64,000 nucleotides of DNA, taken from the NCBI GenBank assembly GCA_963827235.1, contig CAWHAE010000012.1, forward strand, positions 1,312,001 to 1,376,000. Direction: 5' to 3'. Positions 8,970 to 17,845 of this stretch are shown here, in pieces (position 1 is the stretch's first letter; every line of letters starts with the position of its first letter). The DNA comes from an uncultured bacterium. Lineage in GTDB: Bacteria; Chloroflexota; UBA5177; JANWHV01. The notes beneath the pieces are model-generated. The model had not been told where the DNA came from. It ran no database searches and worked only from the letters and a program-made list of their open reading frames with translations. Both the position numbers and the translations under genes were made by a program.

Positions 8970-10421
8970 ATGGGCACCGAAGGGCAGACGGCAATCGACA
9001 TCGTGCGCGGCACGCCGCTCAGCGGCACCGGCTTCAACCCGCTGTCGGCCAGGGCAGTACGGAGGTTGGCGGAGCTGCTCGGCCCTGAGCGCGTGTTGCG
9101 CTCGCCCGAGGATCTCCAGGTGTATGCCTACGACGGCACCTTCCTCGAGCACCGGCCCGACGTGGTCGTGCTGCCACGGACGACGGCCGATGTGCAGGCG
9201 GTGCTCAAGCTCGCCGGCGCGGAGCGCGTGCCCGTCATCGCGCGCGGGGCGGGTACCGGCCTCGCCGGGGGTTCCGTACCCCTCGCGGGAGGCATCGTGC
9301 TGGCCTTCACGCAGATGAACCGGGTGATTGAGCTGGACGAGGTGAACATGCTCGTGCGCGTGCAGCCGGGCATGGTGACCGCCGACCTGCAGGCGATGGT
9401 GCTCACGCACGGACTGTACTATCCGCCCGACCCGGCGAGTCAGAAGCAGTGCACGATCGGCGGCAACGTGGCCATGTGCGCGGGCGGACCGCACGGTCTC
9501 AAGTACGGGGTGACCAAGGACTACGTGCTCGGGCTTGAGGCGGTGACCGCCGACGGCAGCGTGATGCGCACGGGCGGCAAGATGATCAAGAACGTCACCG
9601 GCTACAACCTGACCCAGCTCATCGTCGGCTCGGAGGGCACGCTGGCGGTGATCACCGAGATCACTCTTCGCCTCCTGCCGAAGCCGCGCGCCGACCGCAC
9701 GGCAATGGCCGTGTTCGACGACATCGACGTGGCGAGCAAGATGATCACGGCCATACTCAACGCCGGTGTCGTGCCGGCCACGATCGAAATCATGGACCAG
9801 GATTCCGTTCGCCTGGTCGAGGAATGGCTCCATGCCGGGCTGCCCGTCGACGCCCAGGCGATATTGCTGATCGAGTGCGATGGGGAACCGTCGGCCGTGG
9901 AGAGCGAGCTCCGTGACGTCGAACGCCTCTGCCTGGAGGCCGGGGCGCGTGAGGTCCGCGTGGCCAGGGATGCTGCGGAGAGCGAGAAGCTCTGGACGGG
10001 CCGGCGCGCGGTGTCGGCGTCCATGGCCCGCGCACGGCCGACCAAGCTGGGCGAGGATATCTCCGTGCCGCGTAGCGCCATCCCGGAGATGCTGCGCGCC
10101 ATCCGCGCGATCGCCGCGAAGTACCGGCTGCCTATCCCTGTATTCGGGCACATCAGCGACGGCAACCTGCACCCCGAGGTGCTGTTTGACCGCCACGACG
10201 AGGAAGAAGTCTCCCGAGTGAACCTGGCCGCCGGAGAGATCTTCGACGCCGCGATTCGCCTGGGCGGCACGCTGACCGGCGAGCATGGCATCGGCGCCCT
10301 GAAGAAGGAGTTCATGGGCAGAGCACTGGATCCGGTGGAGCTGGAGCTCATGCGCCGGGTGAAGAAGGTCTTCGACCCGCAGGGCATCCTCAATCCGGGC
10401 AAGGTGTTCGGCACCAGGTAG
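8970..10421 (+). CDS. FAD-linked oxidoreductase, GlcD / D-lactate dehydrogenase family
   Basis: RGAGTGLAGG, YPPDPAS, TIGGN, GSEGTL, FGHISDGNLH, GEHGIG, LNPGK; GGAGGAG RBS. Confidence 0.92.
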   Translation: MGTEGQTAIDIVRGTPLSGTGFNPLSARAVRRLAELLGPERVLRSPEDLQVYAYDGTFLEHRPDVVVLPRTTADVQAVLKLAGAERVPVIARGAGTGLAGGSVPLAGGIVLAFTQMNRVIELDEVNMLVRVQPGMVTADLQAMVLTHGLYYPPDPASQKQCTIGGNVAMCAGGPHGLKYGVTKDYVLGLEAVTADGSVMRTGGKMIKNVTGYNLTQLIVGSEGTLAVITEITLRLLPKPRADRTAMAVFDDIDVASKMITAILNAGVVPATIEIMDQDSVRLVEEWLHAGLPVDAQAILLIECDGEPSAVESELRDVERLCLEAGAREVRVARDAAESEKLWTGRRAVSASMARARPTKLGEDISVPRSAIPEMLRAIRAIAAKYRLPIPVFGHISDGNLHPEVLFDRHDEEEVSRVNLAAGEIFDAAIRLGGTLTGEHGIGALKKEFMGRALDPVELELMRRVKKVFDPQGILNPGKVFGTR

Positions 10422-10469
10422 GATCCGGCACGTGGGCGCCTGCCGGGGAAGTGCACCGGTGCGGCGACC

Positions 10470-11462
10470 TCAGCCGGCGCCGAATGCACCCGACAGATTC
10501 GTCCACGCTTCCGGCGGCACGCCGCCGGGCAAGCTCTTCAAGGCCAGAAAGGCGGCGCCGGCGGCAGGTGAGAGCCTTGGCGGGCCCACGCGGGCCCCCG
10601 GCAACGCGTCGAGGACGCGTTGCCGGAAGGGTTCGGCGATCAGCTCTCCGGCCTGCCAAACACCGCCGTGGCAGGCAACGGGAAACGCCTTGCCGCCGAG
10701 CCCGAGACGGCTGCCCAGAGCGATCACCATCGCGGCCAGGCAATCCGCGGCGGCCGCCAGCACGCCGGCGGCGGCGCTATCGCCGGCAAGCGCGCATTGG
10801 GTAACCACCGGCGCCAGGCGCGCGATCTGGTCGCGAGTCATGGCCGGCGGGCCGTAGAGCGGGCGAAGCAGGTCGTCGAAGCCGGGCACGTCCACTGCAC
10901 GCGAGAACGCGCCGGCGAGACTGGAGGAAGGCAAGCGCCCGTCCAGCCCGAGCGAGGCCACGCGCAGGCCCTCGCGCGCGATCGCGTAGGCACTGCCCTC
11001 GTCGCCGATCAGGTAGCCCCAGCCGCCGCAGCGACCCGTGTTGCCCTGGTGGTCCCGCCCCAGGGCGATCGAGCCCGTGCCGGCGATCACCACGATGCCA
11101 GCGTCGTCGCCGCACGCCGCGGCCAGCGCAACGTCCGCGTCCGTCCACAGGCCGACGCGGCTGGCCGGATAGGCGCCGGCCACCTGGCGAGTCAGGCGAT
11201 CCTTGTCGGCGGCCGTGTGCAGGCCTGCCAGGCCCACGGCGATCGCCGCGACCTCGTACTCGGGCACGTGCGGGGAGGCTGCTCGGTGCAGGGCCATGCC
11301 GACTGCCTCCACGATGGACCGCAGTGTTTGCGGCTCGCCGACCGCCTGGAAATTCGCCGGTCCGCCCGAACCGGCCGACACCAGCCGCCCTCCGCCGGAC
11401 ACGAGGACGGCGCTCGTGCCGGTGCCGCCACCGTCGACGCCGATCACGTAGCGAGCGCTCAA
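10470..11462 (-). CDS. BadF/BadG/BcrA/BcrD-family GlcNAc/MurNAc kinase (MurK-like)
   Basis: GVDGGGTGT, VVIAGTGS, GGWGYLIGDEGS; amino-sugar gene context. Confidence 0.85.
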   Translation of the reverse strand: MSARYVIGVDGGGTGTSAVLVSGGGRLVSAGSGGPANFQAVGEPQTLRSIVEAVGMALHRAASPHVPEYEVAAIAVGLAGLHTAADKDRLTRQVAGAYPASRVGLWTDADVALAAACGDDAGIVVIAGTGSIALGRDHQGNTGRCGGWGYLIGDEGSAYAIAREGLRVASLGLDGRLPSSSLAGAFSRAVDVPGFDDLLRPLYGPPAMTRDQIARLAPVVTQCALAGDSAAAGVLAAAADCLAAMVIALGSRLGLGGKAFPVACHGGVWQAGELIAEPFRQRVLDALPGARVGPPRLSPAAGAAFLALKSLPGGVPPEAWTNLSGAFGAG

Positions 11463-12202
11463 CGCGGCACGACCATGCGGAAACGGTAGCGATCGGCCCG
11501 GTAGAGCGTATGCCCATAGATCGCCGGCCCGCTGTTGTTTCCGACCTGCACGTAGGTGGTCTGGCTGATCATCAGCGTGGCATCGCGCTTGGAGAGGCCC
11601 AGCAACTGCGCGTCGCCGGCCGTGGGCAGCACGACGGAGAACTCCTGCGAAGCATGCGTGAGCCGTAGTGCAAGCGTGGCTTGAATGAACTCGTACAGCG
11701 AGCCGGTAGACAGGTCGGCATCCAGGATGGGGCGGAACAAGGCGTAATTGAAGTAGGAGGTCTCAAGTGCCATCGGCGACGCGTCCGCGAGACGCAGGCG
11801 CTTGAGGTAAATCACCGCCTCCCGGACCCCCAGGCCGAGGTGCTCGGTGGCGTCCGGCGGAGCCGGAACGACCTCGCGCGCGATCAGCCGGGCCGTGGGC
11901 ACCATGTGTCGAGCATGCATGTCCTCGCTGAAGCTGCGCAGCCTGCTCAGCTCGCGCTCGACCCATTGCTGCGCCACGAACGTGCCGCGCCCACGCTCGC
12001 GTCGAAGCAGCCCTTCTCGAATGAGACCGTCCAGGGCCTGGCGCACGGTCATGCGCGCTATGCCGAATTGCTGGCCGAGCGCCTGTTCCGACGGTATTGC
12101 CTTGCCTACCTCCCAGACACCCGAAGCAATGTTCTCGCGAACCAGTGCCTGAAGCTGGCGGTATACCGGCACACCGGTGTTCTTCTGGAGTGTGGTCACC
12201 AT
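11459..12202 (-). CDS. GntR/HutC-family regulator with UTRA domain (NagR/DasR-like)
   Basis: PVYRQL, IPSEQAL..FGIARMTVRQAL, GRGTFV, YRADRYRF; GGAGGAGG RBS. Confidence 0.92.
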   Translation of the reverse strand: MVTTLQKNTGVPVYRQLQALVRENIASGVWEVGKAIPSEQALGQQFGIARMTVRQALDGLIREGLLRRERGRGTFVAQQWVERELSRLRSFSEDMHARHMVPTARLIAREVVPAPPDATEHLGLGVREAVIYLKRLRLADASPMALETSYFNYALFRPILDADLSTGSLYEFIQATLALRLTHASQEFSVVLPTAGDAQLLGLSKRDATLMISQTTYVQVGNNSGPAIYGHTLYRADRYRFRMVVPR

Positions 12203-12290
12203 CGCTCCCAACCTCCTCCGGTATCAGCGTATCAGCACCCAGGGTCGCACAGATCGCGTCCGCGGTACGGCTCGGTACACCCAGGCATGG

Positions 12291-12306
12291 ACACGTCTAG
12301 ACATCT
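12291..12306. promoter_or_regulatory. HutC-type operator ACACGTCTAGACATCT
   Basis: GTCTAGAC core as in NagR/DasR dre sites; lies just downstream of the gntR promoter. Confidence 0.75.
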
Positions 12307-12323
12307 TCCGCCGCGCTGGCTCG

Positions 12324-12352
12324 ATTCTACCGGTGTCCTCATGCAATGTCAA
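12324..12352 (-). promoter_or_regulatory. Sigma70-type promoter of gntR-kinase
   Basis: TTGACA-N17-TAGAAT on the minus strand. Confidence 0.8.
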
Positions 12353-12478
12353 CCGGCGGGCGGCAGCGCACGGGGACGAAACCATCGCCCTAAACCAGCG
12401 AAAACCGGTCTATTCTCCGCTCATGCCACGGCCACGGGGCGCTCCAGCGCATGAGCCCGATGGAGCTGCCGGCCCGTA

Positions 12479-12507
12479 TTGACAAGCCCTAGGGGCGATG
12501 ATATACT
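12479..12507 (+). promoter_or_regulatory. Sigma70-type promoter of the GNAT-ABC-namZ/murQ operon
   Basis: TTGACA-N17-TATACT with an extended TGn -10. Confidence 0.85.
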
Positions 12508-12521
12508 TCTCGCATTCTGCA

Positions 12522-12537
12522 GGACGTCTAGACATGT
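12522..12537. promoter_or_regulatory. HutC-type operator GGACGTCTAGACATGT
   Basis: Shares ACGTCTAGACAT with 12291-12306; lies just downstream of the -10. Confidence 0.75.
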
Positions 12538-12777
12538 GACCCTGAATTGCGTGCTTGATCGGCGTCGACTTGCCGCTCCAGCCGCGCGGAAAGCGAAGTT
12601 CAGCGCACCGGCGCGCTGTCGTTCGAGCCCCTTGAGCGGCGCTTCCGCCACTCCGCGGGCCTATACGTCGCGCGTGACACCGTCGTACCGTCGGGGCGTC
12701 GCCGACCCGTGATTGCCATTCTGCCTCTACCGCGTTGATCCGTTAGCTACTAACCACGATCAGTGAAGGGAAGAGCG

Positions 12778-13749
12778 ATGCAGCAGGCTTCAATTAGAGG
12801 GTACCTGCCCGGTGACGAGCAGGCGGTTGTCGCTCTTTGGAACCGCTGCTTGCCGGCCGATCCGATCGCGCTCGATCGCTTCGCGCTGCAAGTGCTGCTC
12901 GACGTCAATTTCGATTCCGGCGGCTTTCTGGTGGCCGAGCACGAGGGCGCGATAATCGGCTTCTTGCTGGCCGTCACGCGCAAGACGCCCATGTATGGCC
13001 TCGACGACGATCCCGAAGACGGATGGATCACGGTGTTCTTCGTCCATCCGGCGCACCGCGGCCGGGGAGTGGGCCGGGCACTGCTCGATCGCGGTCGCTC
13101 TCACGTAGCCGCGCGCGGCCGCAGCTGGGTCAGCGTCTCGCCCTATGCGCCCAACTACTTCTGGCCCGGCGTGGACGGCTCGCGGTACGCGCCGGCGGAA
13201 GCCTTCCTCAGGAAGCACGGCTTCGAGACGATCGAGACACCGGTTTCCATGACCTCGAGCCTCGTCGGCTTCAGCATTCCGGAGAGCGTGCACGATCTGC
13301 GGCACCGGCGAGAGCAGGAGGGATACACCTTCGGCACTCTGCGAGATGACCAGATCGTGGGCGTGCTCGACTTCAACATGCAGCATTTCACGGCCGACTG
13401 GGCCCGCTCCATTCGGGAGGCGCTGATCCGCGGCGTGCCGCGCGAGCGCGTGCTTGTTGCCGCGCGTGGCGCCGAGATTGCCGGCTTCTGCATGTATGGC
13501 GGCTACGACCGCGTTGCCGAGCGGTTCGGGCCCTTTGGCGTCCGTCCCGACCTGCGACGCCTGGGCTTGGGGCGGATCTTGCTCTATCTGTGCCTCGAGC
13601 GTATGCATGGCACGGGGCTTCAAAATGCCTGGTTTCTGTGGACGGGTCTCGACGATCCCGCCGGCCATCTCTACTCCAGCGCAGGATTCCAGGTCAGTCG
13701 CCAATACGCGGTCTTGAGAGCGCCTGCGGCGACCGCCGAGAGGAGGTGA
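12778..13749 (+). CDS. Tandem-GNAT N-acetyltransferase (GlmA-like glucosamine acetyltransferase candidate)
   Basis: Two acetyl-CoA motifs, VHPAHRGRGVG and VRPDLRRLGLG; first gene of the amino-sugar operon. Confidence 0.8.
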   Translation: MQQASIRGYLPGDEQAVVALWNRCLPADPIALDRFALQVLLDVNFDSGGFLVAEHEGAIIGFLLAVTRKTPMYGLDDDPEDGWITVFFVHPAHRGRGVGRALLDRGRSHVAARGRSWVSVSPYAPNYFWPGVDGSRYAPAEAFLRKHGFETIETPVSMTSSLVGFSIPESVHDLRHRREQEGYTFGTLRDDQIVGVLDFNMQHFTADWARSIREALIRGVPRERVLVAARGAEIAGFCMYGGYDRVAERFGPFGVRPDLRRLGLGRILLYLCLERMHGTGLQNAWFLWTGLDDPAGHLYSSAGFQVSRQYAVLRAPAATAERR

Positions 13750-13913
13750 AGCCACAGAAGCACCCGTCGCTCGTGCTGTAAGACCACGTCGCAAGACATA
13801 GAAGGCGGGCCCGGGCGCGAACAACCGCGAGCGCTGCAGTGCAGTGCTCGACGCCGGCACGCCGCAGTTACACACCTGTATAGATCAACTACCCAAGCTA
13901 AGGAGGCTGCCCA

Positions 13914-15215
13914 ATGCATGCTCGCCGAATGCTGGCTGCAGTGACACTTATTGCCCTCGCCAGCGCGACCCTTGGCGGCGCCGCACAGTCCCGCGTCTCT
14001 GCAGCAGATCAAGTGACAGTCACCTACTGGACACACGTGAATGCACCGGCGCAGACCGTAGAGAAGAAGCTGATCGCCGAGTACGAGGCCGCCAACCCCA
14101 ACGTCAAGATCAATTACGTGGTGATCGACTTCAACAGCCTGCCGACCAAGCTCACCACTGCCCTGGCGGGCGGCGCCGGCCCGGACATCTTCAACTACTT
14201 CCGCTCCTTTGCGCCGGCTCTCGTGCAGCGCGGCCTCATCGTCCCGGTCGATTTCAAGGCGTTCGGCGTCGCCAATCAGAAAGCGTTCACCGATCGCTAT
14301 CTGCCATCGATCATCGGCGGCTACACCTTCGGCAACGGCGTCTACGGCGTGCCTCACGAGGTGTCGAACTTCGCCTTCTGGGTAAACGGGACCGAGTTCA
14401 AGGCCGCCGGCCTCGACCCGGTCAAGGACTTCCCGAAGACGTGGGCCGACGTGGCGCGGCTCGGCGCCAAGCTGACCATTCGCAAGGGCGGCAAGGTGGT
14501 GCAGGAAGGCATCTCGCTGCCGCTCTATAACGTCATCCGCGACACGCTTACCCTGGATTCCATGGCCCGCCAGGCGGGCGGCGGCCTGTTCAGCGCCGAC
14601 GGCAAGAAGGCACTGCTCAACAGTGCGCCCGCGATCAAGGCACTGCAAACGTGGTCGGACATGGTACACGTACAGAAGATCAACGACCCGGCACTTGGCC
14701 CCACGGCCTCGACCGACAATACCGATCTCTTCGGCAACGGCACCGCGGCTATGATCAACGTCGGCGGCTCCTGGCTAACCAGCATCCTGCAGCAGACCTA
14801 TCCGAAGGTCTACGCCAACTACAACGTGGGACCCGAACCGCGCTTCGATCCCACGACCAAGATCGGCTCCGACATGTACGGCTTCGGTCTGTTCGTGCCC
14901 AAGAGCTCGCAGCACCAAGCCGCGGCATGGCAGTTCGCACGATTCCTGGCCGATCACGGTGACGACTACTTCTCGGGCGCCGGGATCTGGTTGGGAGACA
15001 AGACGCCGTTGAGCACCAATCTTACCAAGACACTGAAGAAGTGGAGCGTGTTCCAGAACACGTTTGCCGAAGGCTCGTTCCTGCCTCCGGTCACCAACTA
15101 CAACGAGCTTGCCAATATCGTCGAGCGGGCGATCGAGCGTGCGGTACTGAACGGCCAGAGCCCGCAGTCGTCCCTCAACCAGGCACAACAAGAGGCCCAG
15201 CCCCTGATGCAATAG
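13914..15215 (+). CDS. Sugar ABC transporter solute-binding protein
   Basis: Signal peptide, NPNVKI, GAGPDIF, YGVPHE, PKTWAD, FGNGTAAM. Confidence 0.92.
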   Translation: MHARRMLAAVTLIALASATLGGAAQSRVSAADQVTVTYWTHVNAPAQTVEKKLIAEYEAANPNVKINYVVIDFNSLPTKLTTALAGGAGPDIFNYFRSFAPALVQRGLIVPVDFKAFGVANQKAFTDRYLPSIIGGYTFGNGVYGVPHEVSNFAFWVNGTEFKAAGLDPVKDFPKTWADVARLGAKLTIRKGGKVVQEGISLPLYNVIRDTLTLDSMARQAGGGLFSADGKKALLNSAPAIKALQTWSDMVHVQKINDPALGPTASTDNTDLFGNGTAAMINVGGSWLTSILQQTYPKVYANYNVGPEPRFDPTTKIGSDMYGFGLFVPKSSQHQAAAWQFARFLADHGDDYFSGAGIWLGDKTPLSTNLTKTLKKWSVFQNTFAEGSFLPPVTNYNELANIVERAIERAVLNGQSPQSSLNQAQQEAQPLMQ

Positions 15216-15259
15216 CGCTGAGATCTGGGATCATTCATCCGGACCGCCACGACGCGGTG

Positions 15260-15295
15260 TTGGCCGCCACGCGCTTGGAAGCGCGTGGCGGCCAA
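15260..15295. terminator. 17-bp inverted repeat between the SBP and permease genes
   Basis: TTGGCCGCCACGCGCTT-GG-AAGCGCGTGGCGGCCAA; no U-tract, so probably an mRNA stabiliser or partial terminator. Confidence 0.65.
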
Positions 15296-15410
15296 TGCGA
15301 GAGCCCCTGGCGAGCCGGTTGCCGGTCGCGGACCGTTCACGGCCAGGCGACCCAGATGAGGCCGAGCCGTGCACGGGGATCCGGCACATTCTGCGAGAAC
15401 GGAAGAAGGC

Positions 15411-16286
15411 GTGCGAGAGAAGCGCTTGAGGCTGACGCTGGCGCAGCGACGTTCGTTATTCGGCTTTCTATTCGTCCTGCCCGGCATCGTGCCGCTGCTG
15501 ATCTTCGTCATCTACCCGATGGGCAGCGCGCTCTATCTGAGCTTCACCAACTGGCAACTCATGGGCACGCCTCAACTGCAGGGTGTTTCCAACTATACGG
15601 AGCTATGGTCGGATCTGCAGTTCCGTTCTGCACTCACCGTGACGCTCGAGTTTGCCCTCGGCACCGCCATCCCGTGCTGCGTGCTGTCGACCGCCGTCGC
15701 CGTTTTGCTCAACGCGCGAGTGCGCTTCACCGCCTGGTATCAGCCCCTGTTCTTTCTGCCTGCCGTCTTGCCGACGGTCGTGACCAGCCTGGTATGGGGC
15801 ATCCTGTACCAGGGCAACGGCGTGATCAACAACATCTTCGGCCTGAACATCGGCTGGCTCATCGACCAGAGCTGGGCCCTGCCGGCCCTGATGATCATGT
15901 TGATCTGGACCAACCTCGGCTACTACGCCGTGATCATGCTGGCAGGCATCCGCGAGATTCCCGAGGACTATTACGAGGCGGCGCGGCTCGACGGCGCCGG
16001 CACGCCTGCCTTGCTGTTCCACATCACCCTGCCGCTGGTGCGGCCCACGCTGCTCTTTGTAGTGGTCATCGCGACATCCAACGCCCTGACCCTGTTTATC
16101 CAACCTTATCTGTTGACACAGGGCGGCCCGGGCGATGCCACGCGCACGCTCTCCGAGCTGATCTACGACACGGCTTTCAGCTTCCTCAACATCGGCAAGG
16201 CATCGGCAATGTCGTTCATTTTGTTGGCTATCTCGCTGATCCTGGCCTTCATTCAGTTCAGCATGCTGCGGTCTGGAGACGCCTGA
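15411..16286 (+). CDS. Carbohydrate ABC permease (MalF-like)
   Basis: EAA loop YYEAARLDGA, ITLPLVRP; GTG start chosen. Confidence 0.9.
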   Translation: MREKRLRLTLAQRRSLFGFLFVLPGIVPLLIFVIYPMGSALYLSFTNWQLMGTPQLQGVSNYTELWSDLQFRSALTVTLEFALGTAIPCCVLSTAVAVLLNARVRFTAWYQPLFFLPAVLPTVVTSLVWGILYQGNGVINNIFGLNIGWLIDQSWALPALMIMLIWTNLGYYAVIMLAGIREIPEDYYEAARLDGAGTPALLFHITLPLVRPTLLFVVVIATSNALTLFIQPYLLTQGGPGDATRTLSELIYDTAFSFLNIGKASAMSFILLAISLILAFIQFSMLRSGDA

Positions 16287-16287
16287 G

Positions 16288-17133
16288 ATGAATACGAGGG
16301 ACGCCTATAAGCGGCCGAGCCTGTTGCGGTCGGCGTTCATCCACCTGACGCTCGCGGCGCTCGGACTCGTAGTAGCCATCCCACTCTACTGGACGGTGAT
16401 TTCCTCGATCACCACGAATACCGCCATTTTCGCTACGCCGGTGCAATGGATCCCGCCGGCGCTGCACTGGGAGAACTATCCGCAGGCCATAAACGCGGCG
16501 CCCTTTGGGCGGTACTTCTTCAACAGCTTCGTGGTCGGCGTGTCCGTGACCTTCACCACGCTGGTCTCCTCGGCCCTGGCCGGATACGGGTTCGCGAAGT
16601 TCAGGTTCCCCGGCAAGCGGATTCTGTTCGTGGTCGTTCTCATCGCGCTGATGGTGCCGTTCCAGGCGATCATGATTCCGCTCTTCGTGCTGACGCGCCA
16701 GCTGGGCTGGCTCAACTCGTATGCCGGGCTGATCGTGCCCGGTGCCGTCAGCGGGTTCGGCATCTTTCTCATGCGGCAGTTCATGCTCAAGGTGCCGGAT
16801 GCCCTGCTGGAGGCGGCAACGCTCGACGGCTGCGGGGAGATCAGCCTGTTTGTGCGCATCGTGCTCCCGCTGTCGCGCTCGGCCCTGGCGGCCCTTGCCG
16901 TGCTCACCTTCCTGGCGAGCTGGAACAACTTCCTCTGGCCGCTGATCGTGGCCCAGAATCCCGACGTCATGACCGTGCCCCTGGGCATCGTGCAGTTCCG
17001 CGGCTCCTATTTCACTAACTACACGCAGATCCTGGCAGTGTCGATCCTGGCCGCCGCCCCGGTAATCGTGCTCTATCTGCTCATGCAGCGCCAGATCATT
17101 GCGACGTTCGCTTCGAGCGGCCTCAAAGGGTAA
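16288..17133 (+). CDS. Carbohydrate ABC permease (MalG-like)
   Basis: LLEAATLDGC, WNNFLWPL, C-terminal SGLKG. Confidence 0.92.
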   Translation: MNTRDAYKRPSLLRSAFIHLTLAALGLVVAIPLYWTVISSITTNTAIFATPVQWIPPALHWENYPQAINAAPFGRYFFNSFVVGVSVTFTTLVSSALAGYGFAKFRFPGKRILFVVVLIALMVPFQAIMIPLFVLTRQLGWLNSYAGLIVPGAVSGFGIFLMRQFMLKVPDALLEAATLDGCGEISLFVRIVLPLSRSALAALAVLTFLASWNNFLWPLIVAQNPDVMTVPLGIVQFRGSYFTNYTQILAVSILAAAPVIVLYLLMQRQIIATFASSGLKG

Positions 17134-17143
17134 GGAGAGTCTC

Positions 17144-17845
17144 ATGCCATCAGTCAAGCGCATCCTGGCCATAGGCGGTCACGCGGCAGACATGGAGTTC
17201 AGCGCCGGTGCAGCGATTGCCAAATACACCGCCGCGGGGGCTCAGGCGGTCTTGCTGCACCTCACGGCCGGCGAAATGGGCCATCCCAGGCTCTCCGGCG
17301 AAGAGTACGCCAAGCAGAAGATCGACGAAGCGCACCGTGCCGCGAAGATCCTCGGCGGAGAGGCGCGCTTCCTTCCCTATCCCGACGCGGGGCTGCCCCG
17401 AAACGACGAAGTGGCCTACGCCATCATGGACGTGATTCGCGAGGTGCGCCCGGACGTGGTGATCACGCACTGGCGCGGCAGCTTCCATTCCGACCACAAT
17501 AACACCCATTACAACACGCTGCAGGCCCTATTCTACGCCGCCTTGCCCTCAATCAAGCGCGCGCATCCGGCCCACACTCCGTCTCAGTTGTTCTTCGCCG
17601 AGAACTGGGAAGACATGGACGACTACGTGCCCGACGTCTACCTGAACACCGAGGACGTGTACGATCGTTGGGTGCAGGCAGCCAACCAGTACGAGCTATT
17701 CAGCGGCTCCGTTTCCGGCTTCCGCTACCGCGACTACTACGAGGCGCTGGCCACCATGCGCGGCTGCCTGGCCGGCTACCGACGTGCCGTGACGCTCATG
17801 CGGCCGGCCGACGCGCGAATCAGCTACTGGAAGGAACTGCCCTAG
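17144..17845 (+). CDS. PIG-L/LmbE-family deacetylase (HAAD variant)
   Basis: LAIGGHAADMEF, TAGEMG, RPDVVITHW, HSDH. Confidence 0.85.
   Translation: MPSVKRILAIGGHAADMEFSAGAAIAKYTAAGAQAVLLHLTAGEMGHPRLSGEEYAKQKIDEAHRAAKILGGEARFLPYPDAGLPRNDEVAYAIMDVIREVRPDVVITHWRGSFHSDHNNTHYNTLQALFYAALPSIKRAHPAHTPSQLFFAENWEDMDDYVPDVYLNTEDVYDRWVQAANQYELFSGSVSGFRYRDYYEALATMRGCLAGYRRAVTLMRPADARISYWKELP

Noticed and set aside
13914-17133. Missing ATPase in both sugar ABC clusters as an anomaly
   Set aside because: Sharing one MsiK/MsmX-type ATPase among carbohydrate ABC systems is well established.
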